Source: Candidatus Dormiibacterota bacterium
GTDB lineage: Bacteria > Chloroflexota > Dormibacteria > Aeolococcales > Aeolococcaceae
NCBI GenBank assembly: GCA_963808125.1
Contig: CAWEEP010000042.1
Coordinates: 510 to 64,509 of the forward strand
Length of the DNA stretch: 64,000 nt
Direction: 5' to 3'
A model generated the notes under the pieces. That model was not told where the DNA came from, did not search any database, and was given only the letters and a program-made list of their open reading frames with translations. A program made the translations under genes and the position numbers. Of the stretch, positions 30,413 through 39,021 are shown one piece after another (position 1 is the stretch's first letter; each line of letters opens with the position of its first letter).

Positions 30413-32225
30413 GATGACATCGCCATCGCGCCAAGCCTTGGCGGGAGGAGCGGTGGCCTTGGTGCTCTTGGGAGCGTCCGTCGCGACGTTGGGCGTGCCC
30501 GACCTCGGGTTGGCCGGCCAGTTCCTTGGCGGCGGATACCCATCCCCGGCGTCCGCATTGGCTTCGCTCTCAATCATCTTCGACGCGATCCTTCTGGGCG
30601 CCGCCTGGTTGGCATTCAGCGGGGCGGCTCGCGCCCGCGGCGGTAAGGGGGGGGTTCCTCCCACCCTGCGGGCCCTGGCGTTCGTCGTCGCTGGGGTGAT
30701 TCTCCTGGGCATGAGCATCGCCCAGCGGACGGACACAGAGGGAGGTTTTGCTGCGGAAATGGCCAGCACCAGGTTCGGGAGGCCGAGTTTCTTGCTCGCT
30801 GATCGCGAAGGAGGCTATGCCTTCGTTGTCCTCTTGGGGGATCGGGACGACGCTGAAGAACTCGCCGTCATGATGGATCAGATGCGGGGCGGCGAACGGC
30901 GCTGCCCCGCCGTCATCTTGACGCCGCCAGTGCGGGGTCTGGCGTTCTTCGCTGACGCAACTCAGCAGTCCGACGTGGACCGCTGGTGGTCGTCTGCCGT
31001 GCCACTTGATGCGCAGCCGGTGTATCTCCTCATGCATGAAGGGTCCCTCCCCGAATGGCAGGGCGGCGTCGATGGAAGCTTCTACATCGGAGCACCGGAC
31101 CAAGGTGCCGCGGCCCGCTATGCAGGTGTCCCGGACACCCGGGTGTTCCTCTGTCACAGCCTCCTGGACTTCGCCGTCCAGGTGGCGCGTGACTTCCGCG
31201 ACACGGGGGTGTTCGACCAGGCGGCGACAGCTCGCATTCTGGGCCTCCATTCGGATCGCGCGCGCGATCAAAACCGCCTGGCGTACCCTCCCCAGGCTCT
31301 CGCCGACGCTCCGGAACAAGCCGCCTCGAGGCCAGCAACCTGGCGCCGCCAGGCGGCTCCCCGCGGCGGTGCCGCGCGGAGCGGGTTCTTCCGACCGAAG
31401 CGGCGCGGCCACCGGCCGATGTCCGACGCAGATCTGGCGCGGCAGCTAGCGGGCCGTGGTCCGACCATTGTCGTCATGGGCTCTCGTAAGGGTGGCGTGG
31501 GCAAGACCAGCTTCGCTGCGGGGATCGCCGTCGTCGCCGGTACGGTCCTGGACCAGATCGGCCACAGTGCCTGCCTCGTCGATGCCAACCTCGCCAACCC
31601 CGACGCGTGGGGTCAGATGAACCTCCCCACCGGGGCGGCGACCGTTCGGGAAGTGGTGGGAGCCCTGCTCGCTAATCGGGAACCACCGCCCCCCGTCCAC
31701 GCGGCGACCCCCGCACTCGCGTGCTATCCGGAGGTGCGCGAGCCGTCCGAGTATTCGCGCACGGAGATCCGCCGGTTCGCCGACCACCTGCGGCGGCGCC
31801 ACACCTTCATCGTGGTCGACATGTCGAACCGTCTGCCCGACCCCACGGGGGGGGCGGGAGCTGCCGCCGCCGCGTACTGGCTGGATGCTGGTGACGTCCT
31901 CGTCCTGCCGACCACTGCGTCGCGCTCGGATTTCGACGGTGTTCTTGACTACCTCGACGTGGGTGGTTTGCCTCCGACGGTCGTCCCGTACATCGTCGGC
32001 ACGTCAAAGCGCCTCCGCGACAACCCGCTCACGCTCGAGTACGTGGACGCCATCCGGTCACGGGTTGCGGCGATTGTCGAGGTACCCGACGACGCCAACG
32101 CGGTGCGGCTCGCCGGCATGTCCGGGGTGCCGGCGGAACAGCTCTCACCGAACCTCGGCGCCGCCTATCGGGCGCTGACCGAGGCGATCGCGGTGACGCC
32201 GCGCCGTGGTGGGTCACGCCGATGA
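30405..32225 (+). CDS. ParA/MinD-family ATPase with an N-terminal 3-TM extension (possibly two genes; internal ATG 30759)
   Basis: VVMGSRKGGVGKTS, LVDANLANPD, FIVVDM. Hydrophobic first ~110 aa. GGAGG precedes ATG 30759. Confidence 0.75.
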   Translation: MGEMTSPSRQALAGGAVALVLLGASVATLGVPDLGLAGQFLGGGYPSPASALASLSIIFDAILLGAAWLAFSGAARARGGKGGVPPTLRALAFVVAGVILLGMSIAQRTDTEGGFAAEMASTRFGRPSFLLADREGGYAFVVLLGDRDDAEELAVMMDQMRGGERRCPAVILTPPVRGLAFFADATQQSDVDRWWSSAVPLDAQPVYLLMHEGSLPEWQGGVDGSFYIGAPDQGAAARYAGVPDTRVFLCHSLLDFAVQVARDFRDTGVFDQAATARILGLHSDRARDQNRLAYPPQALADAPEQAASRPATWRRQAAPRGGAARSGFFRPKRRGHRPMSDADLARQLAGRGPTIVVMGSRKGGVGKTSFAAGIAVVAGTVLDQIGHSACLVDANLANPDAWGQMNLPTGAATVREVVGALLANREPPPPVHAATPALACYPEVREPSEYSRTEIRRFADHLRRRHTFIVVDMSNRLPDPTGGAGAAAAAYWLDAGDVLVLPTTASRSDFDGVLDYLDVGGLPPTVVPYIVGTSKRLRDNPLTLEYVDAIRSRVAAIVEVPDDANAVRLAGMSGVPAEQLSPNLGAAYRALTEAIAVTPRRGGSRR

Positions 32226-32252
32226 CCGGGCTCAAAGCACGGCGCTGACGTC

Positions 32253-32853
32253 ATGACGGAGCCCAGCGATCGGCCGGGGACAATCGTGCGCAATGGGCAG
32301 TATCTTCCGGTTCCACTTGGGGCTCTCCGCCCGGTGCGGCGCCGTCGCACGATCCCCCGCCCGGCACGCCTCTGGCGGTGTCGCGTCGAGATCGCAGCTG
32401 CGGTTGGCCTGATCCTGGCGGCCGCCGGTGTTCTGGTCACGGTGACCCGTCGATCCCCTCGCGGTCTATCTGAGCGGCGACGCCGTCCACGTGGACGGGG
32501 TCACCCTGTCTCAAGCCCCCGGTAATGGGGGCTTGCGCACAGGGCGCCTGTACACGGGAGCCGCCACCATGGTGCTGACCGCCGGCCCCGATAGCTCAGT
32601 CATCGCTTCCGCGGTGACGTTCGCGAAGGGAGAGGAGGTGCGCGCAGTCTGCACGCTCGATGCCTCGGCTTCTTTCGAGGTACGGGAGCGGTGCCAATTC
32701 CAGATGGGCGACACCTCCTTCAACTGCGACGACGTCTTCAGCCTGACGGCACCGGGAGAGTGGCTACGCCGATGCAGTGACGGGCAAGTTCTGAAGATTG
32801 AGGTGCCCACCGGAGCGGAACTCATCCCCATGCCCTTCCCACTCGGCCGCTGA
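32253..32853 (+). CDS. Hypothetical membrane-anchored protein with a Cys-containing extracellular domain (frameshifted)
   Basis: ORF 32253-32525 (TM) and ORF 32491-32853 (4 Cys) overlap in different frames. Confidence 0.5.
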
Positions 32854-32883
32854 CGGTTGGGCCTCGTCAGCAGGGCGACGGGC

Positions 32884-33565
32884 TCAGGCGGGGACCCCGT
32901 TGACGCTGGTAAGGTCGGCCCGCCACACCAGGCGGTCGTAGTCGACCCACCATGGGGTGCAAGTGACCAGGGTCAGTTCGTGGCCGCTCGTGGGAACCAA
33001 CTGAGTTCACGTCGCTGGGTGCCAGCTGCCAGCGCTAAGTCACTGTGTAAACGTAGGTGTCGCAACTCCGGTCCTGAATGGTAATCGTGTCCCCTGGCCC
33101 GAGTTGATCGATGTACTGGTAATCAGGCTCCCGGTGGAAGGCGATGATGACGTTCCCCGCCCCGCCCGGTGCCGGGCTGCCTGACCAATGGACCATGGAG
33201 CGGTCGTTGAGGGCGCTCCAGTCGCCATCGACCGACACACCTGCGTAGTCGTACTGGGGGAGGCCACTGAAGGCGACCAGGGCGTACGCGTCGGATGACG
33301 AGCCACCGCCGCCGCACTCGCTGATGGTCACCGGGGTCGGCGTGGCCGCAGGGGTGGCCGTCGCGGACGGGGCCCCCTCCAGAGCCTTGCTGCCGCCGTT
33401 GTTCCACGAGTTCAGCGCGCTGCTGTCGTTGTAGGCACGCGCCGCAACCTGCTGCTGGTCGAGCCACTGGTGGTAGACGCCCGTGACGATGACGGTCATC
33501 CCGGAGGCGATCAGAACCAACCCCAGGAGTAGCGCCACCAGGCGCACCCGTCCACGCCACCTCAT
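32884..33565 (-). CDS. Sortase (class D/E-like), frameshifted
   Basis: N-terminal TM and PGGAGNVIIAFHR..LGPGDTI. Downstream frame ELTLVTCTPWWVDYDRLVWRA supplies the His-Cys-Arg triad. Confidence 0.85.
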
Positions 33566-33578
33566 CGCTTCAAGCCTA

Positions 33579-35177
33579 TCAGACGGGCGGGCTCCCGGCC
33601 ACTGCCGCCATATCCGCCACCACCTCATCGAGAGTGGATTGCATGATGCCCCGGATCACCAGGCCGCGGATCTGGACTAACAACCCGTCCAGCGGGAGGT
33701 TGCGCGCCACTGCCTCGTCGATCATCTCTTCCACCCTGGGCGAGGAGCGCTGGAGGCGCTCCCGGGCCACCCGCTTCAACTCGGGCGCCATCGTGGCGAT
33801 GGGCGACGCCGGCGCCTGGACCTCGGGTTCAAAGATGCTCGGCGGAGGTGCTCCCCACCTGGCCCTCGGGGGGCCGTCCGGCGGTATCGCGGCAGACGTC
33901 GCGAAGGGATCGGTTTGGGGCTGCTGCACCTCCGCCGTCGTCCACGGGGGTGGAGTTGACCAGTCGATGCCGCCGGGAAGCGACCCTGGCGGATCCGCCA
34001 TTGCCTGCGGGTCGGTGGTCTCGGCCACCGCGGGTGGGGGAGGGACAAACTGGGCGGAGGTCTCTTCCGCTCCGTTCGGTTCGCGCCGGACCCAGACGGT
34101 TCCCCTTCGCGTCGCCGCCAGCGGATCGAGGAGGGTCGCCTCCCCCAGCTCGGGGTGGCGCTCGGTGTAGGTGGCCACTTGGCGTCCGTCGAGGATGAGC
34201 GTCACGCCCCTGCCCAGCGGTGTGTCGAGTTCCACCACATGCGATCCGGGCCGCCCGCAGAGGTCCGCGACCAGCCCGGGCCAATCCGTCCACGACAGCC
34301 GGAGATCCTCGTAGCAGGGGTTTCCGCGGAAGAGGGAAGGGGCGACATCGACGATCAGGGGGTCGAACAGGTAGGCCGCCACGGTGGCATCGGTCCAGCC
34401 GCTCATCAGGTTCAGCGCGGCCTCGCCGAACAGCTTCGCCTCCCCTTGGAAGGCGTACTGCTCGAATAGGGCGCCGTCCTTGACCAGGACCACGCCCACT
34501 GCCTCGGGCTTGCGGACGACGACGGCGCCGTGGACGATTGCCGGCGCCAGTGCCGCGATGACGACCGCCTCAGACGGGATGCCCTCGAAGATCACGGTGC
34601 CGCGGGGCAGGAGGGGAATCAGATCGTGTGGCCCAGGCGTCCAATCCGCGTATTCGTCGAGATCTGACGCCGCTTGACCGGTTACGTTCACTTCGGTGTC
34701 CTCGTGGATCTGAGGTGCCGGCTCGTCGTGGGAGTGAGCGGCGGGGGCAGGCCAGGGCTCGGGGGCCCTTCCCGTCGGCTGCGGAGTGACCGGGCTCGGC
34801 CACGGATCGGGGGAAGAATCACGGGCGGAGGGCGCGGCTGGAGCAGGCCAGGGATCGGGAGCCTTGCCGTAGGGCGGCGCGGCAGGAGAGGTCCATGCCT
34901 CGGGACCGGCAGCACCCGCGGCCAGGCCGGGGTCATTCGCGAGAGGCGTTTGCCCGGCATCCCCAACGGCCGGGGCGCTATTTTCCGGAGGCCAGGCCGG
35001 GAGGGATTCGAGCGGCTCGGGGGGCGCCCCGGGGGATTCCTGGGGGCGAAGCCACTCGCTGGGGACCGTCGGCCACCCACCCACCTCAGGATTGGGCTGA
35101 ACGCTCTCGGGATTGGGCTCCGTGTCGCCGCCGTCGCTCCGCTTGTCTGGCGCCGACCCTTCTGGGTTGTCGCTCAT
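33579..35177 (-). CDS. Proline-rich protein with two tandem globular repeats (DUF2226/DUF4388-like by inference)
   Basis: RBS AGGAGG before ATG 35177. Pro-rich N-terminus with three P[DE]PWP repeats. LPRGTVIFEG... and FRGNPCYEDL... look like two related domains. Confidence 0.6.
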   Translation of the reverse strand: MSDNPEGSAPDKRSDGGDTEPNPESVQPNPEVGGWPTVPSEWLRPQESPGAPPEPLESLPAWPPENSAPAVGDAGQTPLANDPGLAAGAAGPEAWTSPAAPPYGKAPDPWPAPAAPSARDSSPDPWPSPVTPQPTGRAPEPWPAPAAHSHDEPAPQIHEDTEVNVTGQAASDLDEYADWTPGPHDLIPLLPRGTVIFEGIPSEAVVIAALAPAIVHGAVVVRKPEAVGVVLVKDGALFEQYAFQGEAKLFGEAALNLMSGWTDATVAAYLFDPLIVDVAPSLFRGNPCYEDLRLSWTDWPGLVADLCGRPGSHVVELDTPLGRGVTLILDGRQVATYTERHPELGEATLLDPLAATRRGTVWVRREPNGAEETSAQFVPPPPAVAETTDPQAMADPPGSLPGGIDWSTPPPWTTAEVQQPQTDPFATSAAIPPDGPPRARWGAPPPSIFEPEVQAPASPIATMAPELKRVARERLQRSSPRVEEMIDEAVARNLPLDGLLVQIRGLVIRGIMQSTLDEVVADMAAVAGSPPV

Positions 35178-35331
35178 GCCTCCTATCCTAATCCCAGCCC
35201 CGCCATAACTCGGCGTTTCCGGCAATCGTATGGCGGCCTGCTTTGCACGGACCGGCGCCGGTTCATCACCGGCGCCGGCTGCGCCCTTCCCCTCTGGCCG
35301 CGCCACGTTCGTGCCGGCGCGGGTTCGGTGG

Positions 35332-35721
35332 TCAGACAGCCTCTGCCAACGGTGATGCCGTCTGGTCGATTTCGGTGCCGACCTCGTCCCCGCTCGGCCG
35401 GCGGGCCTGGAGCAGCTTGACGGTCTCCGCGACCACCTCGGTGCTGTATCGGCGAAGGCCGTCGGACCCCGAGTACTCCCGAGTCCGCAACCGCCCTTCG
35501 ATGTAAACGCGCCGCCCGCGGGTGCAGTACAGGGCGCAGACTTCCGCCAGCCTGCCGTAGGCGACGATGGCGTGATACTCCGTCTCCTCCTGGCGGTTGC
35601 CTTCGCCGTCGCGCCACTGGGAATTGGTGGCGAGGCGCAGCCGTGTCATCGGCTTGCCGCTGCTGGGCAGGCTCTCCGCGTCTTTGGTGAGGTTGCCAAT
35701 GAGGATCACCCGGTTGACCAT
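35332..35721 (-). CDS. ssb: Single-stranded DNA-binding protein, short form
   Basis: MVNRVILIGNLTKD..LATN..EETEYH..VYIEGRLRTREY..YSTEVVA. RBS GGAGG. No DDDIPF-type tail. Confidence 0.95.
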   Translation of the reverse strand: MVNRVILIGNLTKDAESLPSSGKPMTRLRLATNSQWRDGEGNRQEETEYHAIVAYGRLAEVCALYCTRGRRVYIEGRLRTREYSGSDGLRRYSTEVVAETVKLLQARRPSGDEVGTEIDQTASPLAEAV

Positions 35722-35770
35722 GTCAATGCCTCCAGTGGTGTGAGATGAGACGACTACCGGTCTCTGAGCG

Positions 35771-36273
35771 TTAGGGCAGCTCGAGGAACTGCTGAGGGTC
35801 CTCTGGGGTGCCGTTCACCCGGATCTCGAAATGTAGGTGGGGCCCCGTGGCGTCACCCGTCGCACCGACCCCGCCAATCACCTGGCCTGCCGTGACCCGC
35901 TCCCCGTCGTGACGCACACGCTCTCCAGATGCCCGTACAGGCTGCTCAGACCGTCGGCGTGGTCGATGATGATGTGAAGCCCGTAGCCGGTCGTGTCATC
36001 GATGACCTGCGCGGTACCGGCGAGCGTGGCGTGGACGGGCGTACCGGCCGCGGCGGCGAGGTCGATCCCCGAATGGAAATGCCCCCCGGGACAGTCGGGA
36101 TCCACCGGCTCAAGCGCGAACGAGGTGCAGCCGAAGGGTTGCGTGATCACTGCCCCGATGACGGGCTTGACGAATGATGTCGTGGCGGAATCCAGAACGG
36201 CAGCCCCCGCTCCGCCGAGAAGGCTGAGGCCCGCCAACAGGGCGGCGGTCAGGCCGGCGATGGCGCGCAGCAT
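35771..36273 (-). CDS. Secreted M23 peptidoglycan endopeptidase (frameshift ~35900)
   Basis: Signal peptide, [12 protein letters not shown] and downstream-frame [16 protein letters not shown]. Confidence 0.9.
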
Positions 36274-36275
36274 TC

Positions 36276-37183
36276 TCAGGTGTCCCCGGGGCGCAGCGTC
36301 AGCGAGGTACGCCGCGCCTGGCGCCCGAGCTCGCGGCTGACGGCGGAGAACGCGCCGCCCTGGCGCGCCGCTGAGGCCAGAGCCTGGGGAACCTTGAGGG
36401 CGACCCACAACGTCGCCAGCGCGTAGAGCGTGGCCGCCAGGCTCGAACCTCCGGCAAGCCCGGTGGCGGTCGCGACGCGGAGCACGGTGATCTGCGCCGC
36501 CTGCATGAAGAGGGCAACACAGAAGAGACGGGCCCAGGTCTGCGCAAGACCCCTCGTCTCCGGCAGGATGGTGGCGAGAGCGGCGAGCGGTGCGACAGCG
36601 ATGAGCACCTGGAGCACCGCCATCCGCACCACGTAGGTGAGTGCGAGGATGACCACCGCCACCACGAGGGCCAGCACAACGACGATCTTGAAGAGGTCGG
36701 CAGCAGGCTCGCCTGCTGAAGGGACGACGGGTCGAGGGGGTTGGTCCAGGGCATCGAACCGCCGCCCAGGCTCTGGGCGAAGGTGCTGAGACTGTTGTTG
36801 AGGTCGATCGTTCCCTGCATCAGAGTGAGCGACGCGTGCATCAGGAAGACGGCGAGGAGGACCCTAGGCAGCGCCGCTTTCACGTCATGCGCCGAGGTGA
36901 CGCTGCGATCCAGGGTGCTGCGGACGAAGACGGCGAGGACCACGAGCACGAGTAGCGCGTCTCCAGCCAGGCTGAAGTCGGTGTTGAAGGCGGCAAGGTG
37001 CGGGTTGCTGGTGAGGGGCAGCGCCCCGGGTCGCGACGTGTCCACCGTGGTGAACAGGAAGTCGTTCAGCAGGCCGAGGATGTCCTTCCGCCCACTGTTC
37101 ACGAACTGACTCAACAGACTGGCGATCAGCCCGCCGAGGCTGCTCAAGGGATTGAGGGACCCGACCACCACCTCCGCACGCAT
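36276..37183 (-). CDS. TrbL/VirB6-like polytopic membrane protein (frameshift ~36700)
   Basis: LPRVLLAVFL..TIDLNNSLS; YVVRMAVLQVLIAVAPLAAL..ILPETRGLAQTWARLF..ALFMQAAQ..LKVP is typical of Gram-positive TrbL-family proteins. Confidence 0.72.
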
Positions 37184-37192
37184 CGCCGGGAC

Positions 37193-37432
37193 TCAGTGCA
37201 TCCCGCTGGGGATGGTGGCAATGAGAGCGTGAGCGAGGGTTCCGGCCAGCTCGGCGCCGATGGTGCCGACGATAATCCGGCCGATCCATCGCCGCGCCTC
37301 GTATGCCGTCCGCGGGTCGACGGCGAACATCCGATAGATGAAGGCGGCGATGAGGGCGAGGGCGCCGAGACTGCCAACGACGCCCTGCGCCAGCAGCACC
37401 CAGTTATCGACGAGCGTCTTGAGCGAATCCAT
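37193..37432 (-). CDS. TrbC/VirB2-like pilin (small two-TM protein)
   Basis: 79 aa with two hydrophobic helices separated by DPRTAYEARRW. RBS AGGAGG. Directly upstream of the VirB6-like gene. Confidence 0.6.
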   Translation of the reverse strand: MDSLKTLVDNWVLLAQGVVGSLGALALIAAFIYRMFAVDPRTAYEARRWIGRIIVGTIGAELAGTLAHALIATIPSGMH

Positions 37433-37510
37433 CGGCGGGGCCTCCTGGACAACCCGAATTCATCGGTTGACCGCCCCACCGGCTCCGGCCGCCGAGCGGC
37501 CTATCGCGGA

Positions 37511-37540
37511 AGGTTATACAAACGTGTCGTCCTGTGTCAA
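37511..37540 (-). promoter_or_regulatory. Sigma70-type promoter for the pilin-VirB6-M23-ssb operon
   Basis: Minus strand reads TTGACA-N16-TATAAC, an AT-rich patch in GC-rich DNA ~80 bp upstream of the pilin gene. Confidence 0.6.
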
Positions 37541-37753
37541 GCTAACGCCGGGCGGAGGAGGCATCTCCTTATGGACGATGTGAGGGCCGTCTCACCAGCC
37601 GGGTCCAGTTGACCTCTTTGCCCAGGTTGGACACGGCCCCGCGAGTTTAGGGACCGAGCCGTTCCCAGTGCCAAGTGTTTCAGAGAGGGCCATGTTCAAA
37701 CTGACCAATACCGGGTGGTCGGGGCCCTTGACAATCTGGCCGGCGACCGATTC

Positions 37754-37790
37754 GGCGGTCACGTCGATCGTTCGTTCGTGACCGCCCTTT
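37754..37790. terminator. Hairpin downstream of cbpA
   Basis: GGCGGTCACG...CGTGACCGCC 10-bp inverted repeat followed by CTTT. Confidence 0.45.
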
Positions 37791-37820
37791 GCACCGCACG
37801 CCGGTCCTGAGGACGCAGGC

Positions 37821-38777
37821 TCAGGCGAGTCGGAAGCCGGAGGCGGCCACGCGGTGCGGGGGGGTGAGGGGAAGAGGGAGGCGGACGTCCACCTCGGCGA
37901 TGAGGTCGCCGGCCCCCTCGCCGCGAAGGCGGGGCATGCCGAGGCCTCGCAGACGGAATTGCACCCCGTTCTGCGTCTCGGGCGGCACGGTCAGGGCGAC
38001 CCGGCGGCCGGCCAGGGTGGGAACCTCGACACTGCCCCCGAGCAGGGCGATGTCCAGGGGGACGGCGACCCTCGCGCGCAGCGTGTCGCCCTCGCGGGTG
38101 AAGGTGTGGTGCGGGCGGATGTGCACCTTGACGAGAAGGTCCCCGTTGGCCCCTCCGCCGGAGCCGGCGCCACCCTGCCCAGTGGCCCGGACCCGGGCCC
38201 CGTCATGGATCCCGGCGGGGATGCGGACCTCGACCCGTCGCGTCCCGCCGGCGCCGGTGAGTTCCAGGGTTCGGACGGTGCCTCTGAAAGCCTCTTCGAG
38301 GCTGATCTCGCCCTCACCCTCCACGTCGTTCCCGCGGCGCGCGGCGGGCGCCGCGGCCCGGCCCGTCTGGCGTGCGCCGCCCCCCGTCTCCCCGTGACCG
38401 AAGAGGTCGTAGAAGAAGTCGGAAAAGGGCGTGGGCCGTCCGAAGAGGCCCTCAAGCTCCTCTGGGGACACGGTCCGGTACTCGACGTCGGGGCCGCCGC
38501 CGGGGCGGGAGCCACCCGGCCGGCCCGCCTTCTCCCACGCCTCGTGCTCCTGCCAGCGCGGGCCCAGCTCGTCATACTTCTTGCGCTTCTCAGGGTCGCC
38601 GAGCACCTCGTAGGCCTCGGTGATCTCCTTGAACTTTGCCTCGGCCTCTTTGTTCCCCGGGTTGACATCGGGGTGGTACTGGCGGGCGAGCTTGCGGAAG
38701 GCGCTCTTGACCTCCTTCTCCGTCGCCGTGCGGACGACGCCGAGCGTCGCGTAGTAGTCGTGGAAGGTCGTTGCCAT
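37821..38777 (-). CDS. cbpA: Class B J-domain chaperone (CbpA-like, no Zn finger)
   Basis: DYYATLGV..FRKLARQYHPD..EAYEVLGD, FSDFF, IPAG..GG..GDL, LRGLGMP. Confidence 0.88.
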   Translation of the reverse strand: MATTFHDYYATLGVVRTATEKEVKSAFRKLARQYHPDVNPGNKEAEAKFKEITEAYEVLGDPEKRKKYDELGPRWQEHEAWEKAGRPGGSRPGGGPDVEYRTVSPEELEGLFGRPTPFSDFFYDLFGHGETGGGARQTGRAAAPAARRGNDVEGEGEISLEEAFRGTVRTLELTGAGGTRRVEVRIPAGIHDGARVRATGQGGAGSGGGANGDLLVKVHIRPHHTFTREGDTLRARVAVPLDIALLGGSVEVPTLAGRRVALTVPPETQNGVQFRLRGLGMPRLRGEGAGDLIAEVDVRLPLPLTPPHRVAASGFRLA

Positions 38778-39021
38778 CATGGGAAGTGTGGGCCGCGATG
38801 GGTCGGTGGCGGTGGCTTCGATGATTCCCGTACCTCGCCACGCCCGGCGCGAAACGGCGCCACCCCCCGGCAGCGGCGTGCCCTCCCGCCGACGATGCCG
38901 GCGCGTTGAAGGCGCATGGTCACCGTTTGGCGCGGAGGTGAGAGGATATGGACACGGGGGCGCCCTCGCGGTGCCCATCCGTCCCCCGAGAGCAGTCACC
39001 TCCGAAGGCTGAGCCCCATCC

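Noticed and set aside
20600-37800. Complete ICE or prophage
   Set aside because: No integrase, relaxase, VirB4/VirD4, phage structural gene, tRNA target or flanking direct repeat was found by eye.
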